In this document: positions 1-12,960 of the stretch, piece after piece
How positions within the stretch are numbered: the first letter of the stretch is position 1
Layout: every line of letters starts with the position of its first letter
From: Eukaryota sp. TZLM1-RC
Lineage: Eukaryota > Protista > Metamonada: BaSk clade
Direction of reading: 5' to 3'
Length of the DNA: 64,000 bases
Assembly (NCBI GenBank): GCA_040285825.1
Contig: JAUPSS010000004.1
Coordinates: 1,178,001-1,242,000 of the forward strand
Program-made: the position numbers and the translations under genes
Notes under the pieces: generated by a model
The model's database searches: none
Seen by the model: only the letters and a program-made list of their open reading frames with translations
Told to the model about the DNA's origin: nothing

Positions 1-562
1 GTTCAAATATAATCTCATTTTTGTTACAAATGCTTCATTAGTAGCACACAATCCAAATCTTCGTGGTACAATGGTTACAAAAAGTGAAGAATCTGACACC
101 TTGTTTTCACAAACACCCTTTCCAATAACAATGAGTGAAGATCTTGATTTAAAACAGCCGAGCTGCAAATATTATTATAAAGATCTTTTTCATACATTCC
201 AGTCAATCTTTTCTGTAATGTTCGAAGAGTGTACTTCAAATTTAAAACATTTTTTTCTGGAATATTGCCATTGAATGATTGGGGAAAACATCGACCCCAT
301 TTTTCTACATCAATTCTTGAAATTTCTTCATTTAATGCAAAAACAGTGGAACTTTGCGTTGTCATCAATAAATCTTCCCAATCTGCAAATCTTTCGGAGA
401 ACTCAAAGATTGCATTTCTGCATCCACCAACAAAAGCACACGAGGTAAAAATAGAAGCCTTCGTCCACCCTAAACCACCATATTGTGGACTAAGGTAAGC
501 ATGATCTGGAATTTGAAACATTTTACATCCCAGTAATTGAGACAGAACTTTTGCACGTAACT
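1..562 (-). mobile_element. Internal fragment (post-RT thumb/linker) of CRE-like non-LTR retrotransposon, subfamily A
   Basis: Near-identical to about 45320-45882 of the full-length copy (MFQIPDHAYLSP..GGLGWTKAS); switches to unrelated sequence after ttgcacgtaact. Confidence 0.9.
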
Positions 563-905
563 ATATTTGTTGTTGAATAAAAATTAGTAGAATAAAAAGA
601 TTGGGGAGGAAACAACTGAAACATTCCCGTTGAAAGTGGAGGTAGTGTGGTGCCACATTGCACATGACTAACCATGTAAGGTTTCAACATGGGAGTTCTA
701 TAAGCACCTTCCTTCACTGCATCATGGCAAAAATGACGAAGAGAAGTGTGTGTTCCTGCAACCACAACTAGTAATTGAAAACGTTGTGTAAATAGATTTC
801 GTGCAGCATGGCGCAAACAGCGATATAGATTCCATTCACTATCCATCCCGTTTGTTCCTGTGTTGAGACAGTTGTTGATTAGGGACACCGCACTTGAATC
901 GATTA
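563..905 (-). pseudogene. Orphan protein-coding fragment embedded in the TE patchwork
   Basis: Open frame LYRCLRHAARNLFTQRFQLLVVVAGTHTSLRHF fused to CRE pieces on both sides; family not securely recognised. Confidence 0.25.
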
Positions 906-1190
906 AGATGTTTTTCCAATTCAAGGGTCTTTATGACTTCTAGCTCTTTTTTAATTGAATTTCAATAGTTTTCAAGGCTATCAAGTGTCTTTTCGGCGGA
1001 ACCTAAATAGCAACCAAGAAAGCAGAAACTAGTTGAAGTATAATCAATATATGGAACTTCGAGGGAATTAATTATTAACTTAACATTTTTTCTAGAAATA
1101 CAAAAACATTTTTGAACATTCAATTCAAGACCTATGGATTGGTATAATGTAGCAGCTTCATTAGCAACCCTATTAATTGTACTTTCTGGA
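905..1190 (-). mobile_element. CRE-like RT thumb fragments
   Basis: About 905-965 is the reverse complement of about 25050-25110 (KELEIIKTLELEKHL); adjacent GLELNVQKC and FLGCYLG motifs. Confidence 0.7.
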
Positions 1191-1201
1191 GTTAAAAATG
1201 T

Positions 1202-2034
1202 ATTTATTGAATTTGCACACTTAATTAAATTTACTCATAACTAATGGGACGACTATCAATGAACCAAGATTTCCTCTACAAAATCTTGATCTGCTTGCTG
1301 TCTAGCTAAAGCTTCTCTAATTCGATTGAAAAACCGCGGTAATCTATTAATAATGGCAAATTGAATCCGTGAACGCCATAAAAAAATATCAAATCTTTTC
1401 ATTGTTTTTTCTTGCACCATTTTTTGGAAGTCATCCAAAAAAGTTTCTGCTTCAACTGATAATCTTCCATTTATCGAAAATGGGAAAGAAATAAAAACCA
1501 GCTATGTATTTCTATCGACATTTGCCTCTTCAATATCTTTATCATATTTTCTATGTTTCTCTTTTGCTTTAAAATCCAGAGCAGCCACAAGATTAAGTTT
1601 TCTTCTGTGAACCAAAGTATCATTTGCAACATTACATGAAACAAAGTCAACAATAGCTTCAGAATTATCAATCCAATCACAGTATACATCACCTCTATCA
1701 TCAGAACCAAAATTATTCAGAGAAAGTGTTTCCTTCAGCAGGGGCTCTTTGATACACGATATCCTTGCAGTTTGTGCCATATTGAAAACAGTGTCTCTAA
1801 CAGCATCATGTAATGAAGAACGATAAGTTATCAATTTAGAGCAATTCAGGGCATGGCGCAAAGTGAGTTGAGGTGAATTCGAACAAATACATTTTTCTTT
1901 TGATAATAATTGGTTAATGGGGATGTTCAAATATAATCTCATTTTTGTTACAAATGCTTCATTAGTGGCACACAATCCAAATCTTCGTGGTACAATAGTT
2001 ACAAAAAGTGAAGAATCTGACGACTTGTTTTCAC
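1202..2034 (-). mobile_element. 3' end (zinc knuckle + RLE endonuclease + 3' UTR) of CRE subfamily A, frameshifted
   Basis: CICS..HALNC, HDAV, RGDV, KEKHRKY motifs; 3' UTR matches 44598-44653. Confidence 0.92.
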
Positions 2035-2266
2035 TTTCTGGACCAATACAAGAAATGTCATCCATGTAGGCTACCACTTGAAGGTCAGAATTTTCTTCTT
2101 TTATTTTTTTCAAAATTGGGTGAATTGCAAGACAAAAAAAGAAAGGACCTAAAGGGTCTCCTTGTTTAACTCCTGATAAAGAATCAAGATTAAAAGAATT
2201 AAAAATTAAATCAGATGAATTACCATAAAACCTATAAAAAACGGTTTCGAGTTCAGGAAAATTTGA
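2035..2266 (-). mobile_element. RT core fragment of another CRE subfamily, fused in frame to the subfamily A RLE
   Basis: GVKQGDPLGP and AYMDDISCIG motifs. Confidence 0.85.
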
Positions 2267-3198
2267 TTTTTTTTTTAAAATTTAATTTTATTCTAAACCT
2301 ATAAATCAACATCTAAAAAATCCATCTCTCCCAAAACAAAAACACTAGATGCAACTCTCTCATAGTGAGATCCAAGAGAAACCAAAGCATCAGAAACCAT
2401 CTTCAACATCCCCTTAAAAATAGAGAACACAATTCTATTTTGCCAAAACAATCTGTTGAAATTTCTGCCAGTTCTTCTCTTTACAATCATTTCAAAATCA
2501 TCCAAAAAACGTAAAGCAGTTGGTGCAAGTGAACCAAAAAGGGAAAATACAAATGGATACAAATTGTATTTTGCATGCTGTAGACTGGCCAATTTGGACA
2601 AAGGTTCATTGTATTTTTGAATTTAAAATTTTCAGCATTTGAAAGGGGATTATGAATTTCAGAATTAACAAGCCTTTCATTTGAGGCATTACAAGGATCA
2701 ACAGACATTACATCCAATAAAATGAAGCTTCCATCTAATCCAGGTAATATGACATCACCTCTATTATTCTTATGAAAATCATTTTCAGCATCAAACAGAT
2801 TTGACAACAAAGGTTCCAAGAAGGATTCAATTCTATGAGATTTACACATACAATATAACTGGTCTCTTACAGCATCATGAACCTTGCTTCTAAAAAGTAA
2901 TAAAATGTTTACAATTTAACAAATGAGTAGTTGTAATTTCTCGAGAACATTTACAAATTAAATTATGAGGTAAATTATCAGGCCAGATAAAGGAACGAAA
3001 TCTCATATTCAGAGTCCAAGCAGAATCGGATAAGAGAGTACCATAAACTTGTGGAATTGTTGTTACTAAGGCAGAAGAAGTACTGTCACACATATCTTGT
3101 AAAAGATTTGCAAAAGCGGGATTCTTTTTCTTGGCCAAGCCAAGTCTAACATCAAAATCCAAGCTTTCAAAAATCTTTGACAATTTTTGTTGAAGCTT
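2267..3198 (-). mobile_element. 3' third of CRE subfamily C with short poly(A) tail
   Basis: CKC..HLLNC, HDAV, RGDVILPG, LDV motifs; a T-run at about 2268-2276 follows an AATAAA-containing 3' UTR on the minus strand. Confidence 0.88.
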
Positions 3199-3881
3199 TT
3201 GATTTGATTTCTTTCCAAATTGAATCTCTTTTCACTGAATTGAAAGCATTTTTGAAATCAAGATTAAAAATGCAACTATTTTCGTGACAATTGAAAAATA
3301 GATCAGATGTCAAAGCCGCAACTGAAGCTCCATCTATGGTTTTGATTCCATATTGGAATGGAGAAAAGTATTCCTTAGCTTTTGTTGAAACTCGGTCAAA
3401 AATTACTGAAGACATCAGCCGATAAATGGCTTCACCAATAGCAATTGGGCGAACTTTTCCATTAGGTTTAGTTAAAGCCACTAACCGTGATGCACTTAAT
3501 TCTTTAGGTGGAACAATTTTCATTGTCAAAACATCTTGAAAAAAGGAACATAAATCTTTAATAATAAAGGAATTTTGGCGGCACACAGATTTCAGCATAT
3601 CAAAAGTTATTCCTGGACCAGGAGCTTTTCCAGATGAAAGACGAAAAATGGCAGTTTCAACTTCATTTTCAGAAAGTGGATTTTGTTTCCAAAATTGTGA
3701 AGCAGATGGTTTATCCAAATTAAGAAATTCAGCTGGATGTAGATCCACTAATTGATTTACAGTTTCATCAGTCACAGGAGCAAGATCAGAAGAGAACAGA
3801 GCGTTTTTCCCAGAACCATATCTCCCACGTAGCAAAAGTTTTCGTACAGTCTTATTCTTGGGTTGTTTCTTTGGAGTAAAA
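3199..3881 (-). mobile_element. RT N-terminal part (domains 0-3) of CRE subfamily B
   Basis: GKAPGP, RLVAL.KP, RPIAIGE, QYGI, LDFKNAFNSV; overlaps in sequence with 26686-26870. Confidence 0.9.
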
Positions 3882-4395
3882 TGTTTCAAATTCCAGATCA
3901 TGCTTACCTTAGTCCACATTATGGCGGTTTAGGGTGGACGAAGGCTTCTATTCTTACCTCGTGTGCTTTTGTTGGTGGATGCAGAAATGCAATCTTTGAG
4001 TTTTCCGAAGGATTTGCAGATTGGGAAGATTTTTTAGAATTTGAAATTTATATTCAATGCTAACAAAACATTAAACAAAAAACTAGAACTCAATATCCTC
4101 AATACATGCATCAACATCATCAAATCTTTTAAGCGCGCGATTTTCATACTCTACTCCCAATTGTAACAGTGCTTTGGTCAACATTTCTGGAATTGCTTTA
4201 AGAATACTAAAAACAATTCTATTGTGCCAGAAATTGAAGTTCAATTCTTTTCCTGCTCTTTCTTTTATTAAACTTCTGAAACCTTCAAGAAATTTAATGC
4301 CAGATATTCCAATGTTACCAAAAAGAGAAACAGCAAATGGAACCAACTGATACTTGACATGCTCAACACGTCCTAGCTGAGATAAGGGTTTCATT
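3876..4395. mobile_element. Short subfamily A piece (+, 3876-4031) joined to the 3' end of CRE subfamily D (-, 4030-4395)
   Basis: Sequence match to subfamily A; EPLSQLGRVEHVKYQ..FWHNRIVF RLE terminus. Confidence 0.85.
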
Positions 4396-4437
4396 GTCCA
4401 AACAATTTTTGTTCTTAACCCAGTGTTCTTCAATTGT

Positions 4438-4517
4438 GGCAACGTGGCCGAGTGGTCTAAGGCGCTGTCTTAAGGCGGCAGTGGGAAACCGCGTGGGTTC
4501 GAGTCCCACCGTTGTCA
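4438..4517 (+). tRNA. trnL-AAG: tRNA-Leu(AAG)
   Basis: Acceptor GGCAACG/CGTTGTC, A-box TGGCCGAGTGG, anticodon stem CTGTC/GGCAG with loop TT-AAG-GC, long variable arm, T arm GTGGG-TTCGAGT-CCCAC, followed by a T6 Pol III terminator at 4519-4524. Confidence 0.96.
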
Positions 4518-5405
4518 ATTTTTTGAATACCATAAATATTAGATTGGGGGTCAATATATTGAATGTTGTCAAGATATTGTTTACAAAAAGGAGTGACCAG
4601 ATTGTATGAAAATGAACTTTGTCAGAAAAATATATGGATTAAAACACTCGTTCAATCATATTGGGAAAAGTAACATGTGATATTGATTCATCAGAAGGTT
4701 TGGGTTCTGTGTTTATTATGACAGTTTGTAACGAAAATCAGATTATATATGAATATTCTAATTGTCCATGTTTAGAAGGAAACTGATTTAATCGATTTCT
4801 TACATTGTGTTTTTAATAGGAAATTAATAACTTATCGTTCTTCATTGCATGCCTTAAGTGACATTGAAAACTTGAATTACGGATGAGTCTAAAAACAAAC
4901 TTCAGGTTGCTGTTATTCCGTGCAACTCACGCCACAGTAGCAAAACAATGGTTGTTATCTTGTTACCAAATAAATGGTCCGTTAAGTGTGTGGACTATAG
5001 TTGCAATTGCGAATCCTTGTGTGCCCCAAACAATGCAGAACAGATCAACGTGAATGACATTCATCCAGACTCAGACATGAAAGATCATTTCAATTTGTTA
5101 AGTGGTGATGAAACACAAACGTGCTTTGACAATAAACACTTTGATGACCTATGATCTCTATCAACTCGGAGGTGCAAAAAATAGTCCATTTATGTGATAA
5201 AATGATTACTGTAGCGTGTACACAACATAACAACGTCACAAGAGCGACAGAGATCGAGTTGGATGCTCAATGGAGAGAATAAGGTATGGTTGGCTGTTGT
5301 AATTGAAGGAAATTCACACAAAAAGAAAATCTTCTTTACACTCAATATCTCTGCATCAGTGTATCACGGACACTAATTTCATTGTTGTAGGCAACTTCCG
5401 TAAGA

Positions 5406-5858
5406 ATGACAGTGGACCCTGATGATGACCCGGACTTATCTGTCATAACCATGGAGCACCCGTTATACTCTAAACTTCTTGACTTTCGCTACAATCTTTT
5501 GCGCAAGCCATTGGGAATGATGCCAGGGTCTGAAAAAAACAAGCTTGACGCTTCATCACTTCACCTCTTGTTCCTCCACGACTCTGAAGTCATTGGATGT
5601 GTGTCTCTCTGTTCTCAAGGAGAATACACTGGTAAGGTGTTCCAGATGGCTGTCTGTCGTGAGCTTCAAGGAAAGGGATTGGGATTTAAGCTACTACAAC
5701 ATTGTATAACTATTGGTAAGAAACAGAAAATACCATTGCTTTGGCTCAATGCAAGAGACAATGCAATGAGATTCTATGAAAGATCTGGGTTCAAAGAAAC
5801 AGGTTCGTTCTTCATTGAAGTTGGGGTTACTCATAAAAGAATGGAACTATTGTTGTGA
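5406..5858 (+). CDS. GNAT-family N-acetyltransferase (ElaA/YjcF-like)
   Basis: Acetyl-CoA motif QMAV..ELQGKGLG, LWLNAR..A..FYERSGF, C-terminal F.EVG.TH..M; a possible upstream intron 5284-5390 (GTATGG..ACTAAT..TAG) is unconfirmed. Confidence 0.9.
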   Translation: MTVDPDDDPDLSVITMEHPLYSKLLDFRYNLLRKPLGMMPGSEKNKLDASSLHLLFLHDSEVIGCVSLCSQGEYTGKVFQMAVCRELQGKGLGFKLLQHCITIGKKQKIPLLWLNARDNAMRFYERSGFKETGSFFIEVGVTHKRMELLL

Positions 5859-6049
5859 TCATGTTGTCATCAATGGTTTATTGAACTCAATATTAGCTGC
5901 TTGTTTTTGTTGATAGAGTTTCCGGAGTTGTAAATATAATAAATTTATTGTTAATAATTCCAAAAAAACTGCAAAATTATATGCTCAACCACATAAGTGT
6001 TGCCCTAAGTCTAATGTAACAAAGAAAAGTAATGACATAATGTGAATGA

Positions 6050-6558
6050 GGAATAAGGGGGGATGTCGTGTTTAATGTGGAACTTACGTTCCTCTCCTTA
6101 ATACTACGTTCTATCTTTGGGAGAGGAGAGGAAGCCTGGTCCGTTCTCGTTGCCTCTTCCATCTTACTTTTTGGATGGGAGATGGAGCCAGGTCCGTTCG
6201 CTTTACGTCTTTCGCATCTGACGAAGGAGGGATTTCGTCCTCTCTTTCAACTTCTTCTTTCCTGAAGGAGGAGGTGGGATCCGGGTCCGTTTTCTCGTCA
6301 ACCTTCTTTTTGTTTGATGTATGTTGTTGTTGTGTATTCTGGTGCTGCATGTTAGGTGAATGAGTGGAGTCAGAGTTTTTCTGAAAAATGTCTGCCATAA
6401 TAAAGAATATCTATTTGGCTGTTGCCGTGTGAATTCTGGAGTTATTAGAAGTATACTTTGATTTTAAAACGGCCAATAATTATTGTTGCCTAAAGTCTTA
6501 TGCGGTTAAAGTCTGATTTATTTTCTATTCATATGATATAAGCCTTAAAACGCCAACA
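6050..6558 (-). mobile_element. 75-bp LTR (6484-6558) plus 5' internal region/ORF start of an LTR retrotransposon
   Basis: Minus strand reads TGTTGGCG…TAGGCAACA, homologous to the solo LTR at 50567-50670; internal part homologous to about 33550-33970. Confidence 0.7.
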
Positions 6559-8170
6559 AATTATTGGTTCTTTATATGTTTTAAGTGAAATTGCTTCTGA
6601 AGCCTCACTGTTTCACACAGATATTGGTCTTTTGCTAAATCCCGACAAATGTCTTTTCATAGGAAATGTAAAAGATAGATTAATTAATGATGGTGTTGAA
6701 ATTCCTTTTGCGAACTATTCCTCAGATGCTTTTCGTTTCCTAGGATGCTGGCTTGGAAAAAATTCCGATGATAACTGAAAAATTGAATAATCTTTTAATG
6801 AAATTGAGTTCTGAACTTGACACAATTTCATCATTTGAAATCCAGAAACATATTAAGTTTTTTATCTTAAAAATTTGTTACCCCGGTAAATGTACTCACA
6901 TTTTAACAACAACATCTCCTAATATTTCAAGTGGGTTTTGCCGCTTACTTAATTTTTGAAAACAAAATATATTACATCTTTGATTGATGTCAATCCTGAA
7001 CTAATTCGAAGTCACGTAATTTCATTATGTAATTTTGGTGGAATTAATTTCACTAAATCGTTTATTCTCTCTCAGGCTGCTTTTCTTGCTGGAGGAAAAA
7101 TTTTGTTTTTGAATTTTGCAACCGTTTTCCCAATGATCTTAATTTATTGAATTTTACAAGCAATAATTATCTAAAAGACCTTGAAAATGCTCTTGATTGT
7201 TTGCCACCTGAAATCTGGAGTAAATGCTTTCCCGACAATATGCAGGAAATACCATCTAGAACACTAGTTAATTTGAAGTATTGTGTTAAAAAATTGCAAC
7301 AAAAGTTAACAATAATTTTTGAAGGCTTGGATTTTAATGTTCGTCTTGGCTCGGCCAAAAAAGATAATCCCGCTCTCGCAAATTTTTTGTTAGATGCCCA
7401 AAACAGTTCCCCTTCGTGTTTAATTACTCAGATTCTTCTATTTTCTTCGAATTTTCTTGTACAATGCGCATTCGTTGTTTTATTTGGCCTGATTACGTGC
7501 CTCATAATTTGATTTGTAAATGTGGATCAAAAATTTCTCCAAATCATTTATTCAATTGTAAACATTTTATTACTCTCCGATCAAAAGTTCATGATGCAGT
7601 AAGAGATCAACTCTATTGTATGTCAAAAACACATACAATTGTTTCCTATTTAGAACCTTTACTTTCCCGTTTGGTTGATGAAGATACTTTGAATTCGTTT
7701 GGTCGAAATAGAGGTGATTTAATGCTTGTAGGTCTTGAAGGTACTACCATTATTACAGTTGTGAAATCCACTGATGTCTGTAATGATTCATTTATTCCAA
7801 TGGCTTAATTAAAATGTAAAGACCCCTTAACTGTTTCCGGAAAAGCCAAAATTGACAAATGTAAAGCAAAATTGTTATCCTTGAATGCAGAATCGGATAC
7901 TCATTATGTCCTCTGTCTCTTTGCAATTTCCCTTTATGGAACGCTTGGACCTCTTGCTTTGTCTTTTCTGGATGATTTTGTTGAAATTGTGAAACAACGT
8001 ACTAGAAGAGTCTTTGACAAGAGTTTTTGGCAAAACAGAATTGTATTTTCAATTTTCAAGGGTGTTTTTGCCTTATTATCTTCAGCTTTGTTATCTCTTG
8101 GTCGCTTTTATGAAAGAGAAACTTTCAGTGAATTCTCTTTGGCTGATTTGGGTTATGAAGACATAAAATT
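6559..8170 (+). mobile_element. Decayed 3' half of a CRE-like element (RT thumb to RLE)
   Basis: GL.LNPDKC, FRFLGCWLG, KICYPGK.TH, CKC..HLFNC, HDAVRD, RGDL, FWQNRIVF; many frameshifts. Confidence 0.88.
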
Positions 8171-8199
8171 TCAACTTTGTCGTATAGTTTGTTTCACCC

Positions 8200-9769
8200 A
8201 ATATTTGGTCTAAATGTTCCCCTCTGATATTGTGGAACTTCCTCCAAGAAGCTTGCTCTCCTTACCACTGACTTTTGCAAAATTGCAAAAAAAATCTTGA
8301 AAGTTTAAGAAAACTTGGATTATATTGTACGTCTTAGCTTGGCTAAAGAAAAAAATCCCGTTTTTGCAAACTTTTTGATTGATCTTGAAGAAAGTTGCTC
8401 AAGTTGCCTAATCTCCCAAATTCCCAACATTTATGGCCTTCTAAAGATCACCAATGGACCACTGCAATGAGAATGAGATGTTTTCTATGGCCTTGTTCTT
8501 TACCAAATGATTTAATTTGTCGCTGCAAGAGTGTTGTTACGCTTTCCCATATTTTAAACTGTAAGTATTTTATAACTTATCGCTCAATTGTTCATGACGC
8601 AGTTTGTGATCAATTATATGCCATGTGCAAAAGTTTCAATATAGAGGCATTTATTGAGCCGTTAGTACGTAAGCTGTCTTCAGATCAAACTGATGATTTC
8701 TTTGGTAAAAGAAGGGCAGATGTAGTAGCTCCAGAGATCGATGGTGTTCTCAATGTTGTAGATGTTGTTTCAGTTGACGTTTGCAAACTGCTGCTTCTTA
8801 GTGTATTCCGCTGATTCGCCATTATCTAACGCCGAAAAAATGAAGATAAAAAAATGTGAAGAACCTTTGGCACAAGTAGGTAGAGTGGAACATGTGAAAT
8901 ATCAATTTGTGCCGTTTGCAATTTCTTTTTTTGGCAATATTGGACCTTCAGGGTTGCACTTTTTTGAAAATTTAAAAAAAGTGTTACTGAATAGGTCTGG
9001 TAAAACAACGAACTCCACTTTCTGGTTAAATAGAATTGTTTTTTGCATTTTCAAGTTTATTCCAACAATGATTTCAAAGACACTTTTAGCTATTGGTGTA
9101 GAATATTATGAACGTAATGCTATATATAGGTTTAGTAATAGTGACGATTGTTTGGAGGATATTGAATTCTAGATGGGATTTTTTATCTCAATAAATATTC
9201 CAGTTTTTAAAAAAAAGTTTGTTTTTGTTAGAATAAATAAAAATATATTAAAAAAATTACTCATTTGTTAAATTGTAAACATTTAATTACTTTTAGAAGC
9301 ATGGTTCATGATGCTGTAAGAGACCAGTTATATTGTAAGTCTTGTAGAATTGAATCCTTTTTGAAACCTCTGTTGTCAAATGTGTTTGATACTGATGATT
9401 TTCATAAGAATAATAGAGGTGATGTTATATTACCTGGATTAGATGGAAGTTTCATTTTATTGGATGTAATGTCTGTTGATCCATGTAATGCCTCAAATGA
9501 AAGGCTTGTTAATTCTGAAATTCATAATCCTCTTGCAAATGCTGAAAATTTTAAAATCAAAAAATACAATGAACCTTTGTCCAAATTGGCCAGTCTGCAA
9601 CATGCAAAATACAATTTGTATTTATTTGTTTTTTCTCTTTTTGGTTCACTTGCACCAACGGCTTTACGTTTTTTAGAAGATTTTGAAATGATTGTAAAGA
9701 GAAGAACTGGCAGGAATTCAACAGATTGTTTTGGCAAAATAGAATTGTGTTTTCTATTTTTTAGGGGAT
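8200..9769 (+). mobile_element. Two consecutive CRE 3' fragments (subfamily D-like 8200-9250; subfamily C 9258-9769)
   Basis: Two separate knuckle+RLE sets (RRADVV; RGDVILPG); the second matches about 2410-2930 in inverted orientation. Confidence 0.88.
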
Positions 9770-9989
9770 ACACGATATCCTTGCAGTTTGTGCCATATTG
9801 AAAACAGTGTCTCTTACAGCATCATGTAATGAAGAACGATAAGTTATCAATTTCGAACAATTTTTTACAAACTTTTTTTATTTTGAAACGCAAACAAAAC
9901 AACTAAACAAAAAACTAGAACTCAATACTCTCAATACACACATCAACATCATCAAACCTTTTCAATGCGCTTTATTGGAAAAATCAATT

Positions 9990-10885
9990 GCTGAATCCTT
10001 ACAAACATCAACAATTCTTGCCCTTGCTTCAAACTCATTTTCCAGAAGCTGAGTCGTTCTTTTACATTTTTTATGGCTCACAGTCGACTCTTGTATATGA
10101 GGAATTCAATCTAAAATCATCATCTGGTGTCAAACAAGGTGATCCATTAGGTCCTTTCTTTTTCTGCCTTGCTATCCATCCTTTAATGTGTGAATTAAAA
10201 CAAGAATTTTCAGATGTTCATATAACTGCTTATATGGATGACATATGAATAATTGGTCCAATTGATTCATTGGGAACAATTGCTGAAATTGTTCAACAGC
10301 GCTATTATCAAATTGGTCTTTCTCTAAATGATTCCAAATGTATAATGATTGGTAGAGAGCCTGCTGATCTCATTATTGATGATCAAAGTGTTCCTTTTAT
10401 CAATTATTTTGAATCAGGATTTCGTTTTTTATGTTGTTATTTAGGCATTTTTGATGAAATTCGAAATCAACTTTCCTCTCTTTTGGATAATTTTGAAGAA
10501 GAATTGATGGTTCTTTCAGATGTAAATATTGAAAAACATCTTAAATTTTTCTTCCTCAGAATTTGTTATTCAGGGAAATTTACTCATATTTTACGATCAA
10601 CATCACCATCTATTTCTCTCGAATTTTGCAGAATTTTTAATGAATTAAGAACAAATTTTTGGCTAATTTGCTCGATATTGATTCTTCTTTTTTACGTAGT
10701 CTTATTTTTTGTAGCACAGAATTGGGTGGCCTGGATTTTCACAAATCAAAATATCTGTGTAAAGCCGCATTCATCGGTGGAGGCAAAAATTTCGTTTTTG
10801 AATTTTTGAAACGTTTTCCTGAAAACCAACATTTAATGGAACATTGTGTTAGTTATTATTTGGTGTCTTTGCAGAATGAGACGTT
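9990..10885 (+). mobile_element. CRE-like RT core/thumb fragment
   Basis: GVKQGDPLGP, AYMDDI, RICYSGKFTH, GGLDF motifs with stops and frameshifts. Confidence 0.88.
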
Positions 10886-10888
10886 CTT

Positions 10889-10963
10889 ATAGAGGCCGTA
10901 GTAAATGTCAGAGTAGATTTAGGGACCAGGGTGGCTGTGGTACAAGAGGTAATACATATCGTG
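10889..10963 (+). repeat. About 75-bp piece of the RGG-rich gag region of the LTR element
   Basis: tagaggccgt…ggtggc.gtggta.aagaggtaatacatatcgtg matches about 38944-39017. Confidence 0.8.
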
Positions 10964-10964
10964 A

Positions 10965-11325
10965 AACATGTTTCATATACACCAATCATTGCACGTTACA
11001 GCTACCGAACAGCTCAATTTACTTTTTGGTCCACAGAGAAAATTCTCGAAAATCTCAATGCTGGCATTCAACCAAATAAGGTAAAGTTAGATGCAGCAAC
11101 TTCCATTATTAAACCAAAATTTGGAGAATGTACTATTGAGGCATGACAATATATCAAAGCAAATCCTCTCCAGTAGCATCAAGATGGTTGGAAAAAATTA
11201 AGAAAAGCATTGACCAAAGTTTAATGAAACCACGTGGTAATGAAGTTGTAATTGAAGCAGTAAATCGTCCTGAATGGATTGATGCAGACGATTTGTCTTC
11301 AGAAGAAGCTGACAATATTGTTTAA
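10965..11325 (+). pseudogene. Possible C-terminus of a pogo/Tc2-type (DDE_1) transposase
   Basis: VKLDAATSIIKPKFGECTIEA*QYI resembles the pogo C-terminal motif (vdl.lsvlKP....W...aw..i), followed by an acidic tail. Confidence 0.35.
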
Positions 11326-11354
11326 TTTACTAGTATTGATTTCGAAATAAACCT

Positions 11355-12500
11355 CAGTTTTTTGTCTCATTTTTCTTGTATTTATAAACGTTCCTTATGT
11401 TCACCTGTGCGATTTACAAATAATAACATGTCTGCAAAACAAAAAATGGGAACTAATGTATCTTCTTATGAAAAACATTTTGCCAAAAACATGTTCCCAG
11501 ATCAGTTGACAAATGAATCTTCGCCTGTTTGTAATATTCAACTTGAAAAAAACAAAAAAGAAGGCATACCTGTTCGAAATGTGGCAAGGTTGGTCATAAC
11601 ATTAGAAAATGTCCTGATGTTATATTTAAAAAAAATGAGACTTAAAACAAATATTTCAATTGTTAATAGTTTACAAACTCCATCCGCACTCAGTCGTCCT
11701 CCATTAGCTTTAAAAGGACGTTTTGGATCTGCAAAGCAATGTTTATTTTCTTCTGATTAAGCTGAATGTAATGAAAGCACATTGTTCCAATTGAATCATC
11801 TTCATCCGGAAGAAAATTTTCATTGTCCCAAACCAGATTCACTTGACTATTGGCTGAAAAATCCTGTCAATGCTCCAGAGGTCTTAAAAAACATTCAACA
11901 TATGCCAGCTGGTAAAGCTCCAGGACCATCTCTGTTAAATTTTGATATGATCAAGTCAGCTGTTGGACAGTGTCCCCAAATTGTTGATGATCATGTCCAT
12001 TTTTTTAAAAGTCTTTTGACCTTAAAAATTAAAGTCCCTGATGAGATGTCAAGTGCTCATTTAATTGCCCTCAAGAAAAGCCAATCTAAAATCCGTCCAA
12101 TTGCAATTGGAGAATCGTTTTCAAGAATTCTTGCGTCTCTTGTTTTCAATAGAATTGGGAAAAAGCCAAAGAATTATTTAGTCCTTTTCAATTTGGAATC
12201 AATACAATTGATGGTGCTTCATCTGCTGTCCTTTCGTCTGATGTATTTTTTAATTCTAATTACATTTTTAATTTAGATTTTAAACATGCTTTTAATTCTG
12301 TATCACGCTCTTTCATTTTCCCTTTGTTGCAAAAGCATTTTCCTGAAGTTGATTCATTTTTCTATTCTTTTTATGGAAAATCATCAACACTATGAAGAAT
12401 TTAATCTGATATCATTATCTGGTTTTAAGCAAGGTGATCCATTAGGTCATTCTTTCTTCTGCCTTGCTATTGATCCTCTAATGTGAATTAAAACAACAAT
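11355..12500 (+). mobile_element. 5' part of another CRE subfamily (knuckle CSKCGKVGHNIRKC + RT), internally deleted
   Basis: Zinc knuckle at about 11570-11612; GKAPGP, RPIAIGE, DFKHAFNS, QGDPLG. Confidence 0.85.
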
Positions 12501-12519
12501 ACTCAGATTGTTTCCTTCC

Positions 12520-12960
12520 CTCTCTTGAGATCAAATACACTCATAGTGACAAGTTACGATGTCGAGCTTCTTGCTGCCAAATGTCCTGTGAATTCTCTGT
12601 TACGTGCAAGAAGGTTTCTGATGAAGAGTGGACAATCATCTCCTTGTCACCTCATACTTGTACAAAACTTCAACGACTGACGAACAAAAACGCTAATGCC
12701 GTTTTCATTGTCGAGCATCCTTTCTTCATCGAAGAAGTGAACTTAAACAGAAGTTACAACGCGTCGAATCTCTTTACTGACTTTAAAATGATCTACAGAG
12801 TGGAGATCGAATCCTACACAGTTCGATGGAAAAGTGTGACTCTTCTTAAAAAGAGACTGTTTGGCAATGTGGAAGAATCGTTTGTTCTTCTCAACACTTA
12901 TAAGAAAGAATTGCTGGATGCCAATCCAGGAAGTGTCTTTCACGTGGAGGATAATGAAGG
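12520..12960 (+). pseudogene. MuDR/Mutator transposase N-terminal fragment
   Basis: C..SC.F.V…W.I…HTC zinc-binding DBD and the G..EESF..L..Y…L..NPGS motif typical of MuDRA-like proteins. Confidence 0.75.

Noticed and set aside
4395-4438. CRE targeting of tRNA genes (fragments within about 50 bp of both tRNAs)
   Set aside because: The adjacent ends are broken internal ends rather than 3' junctions, and CRE density is so high that proximity is expected.
4363-4609. ORFs overlapping the tRNA-Leu gene, and many antisense ORFs over RT, BTB and gag sequences
   Set aside because: Shadow ORFs with no independent motifs.
11758-11760. Alternative genetic code (TAA/TAG read-through) suggested by recurring in-frame stops
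   Set aside because: Intact host genes end in TAA, TAG and TGA and use CAA/CAG for Gln; the shared TAA aligns with Leu (TTA to TAA) and co-occurs with frameshifts.
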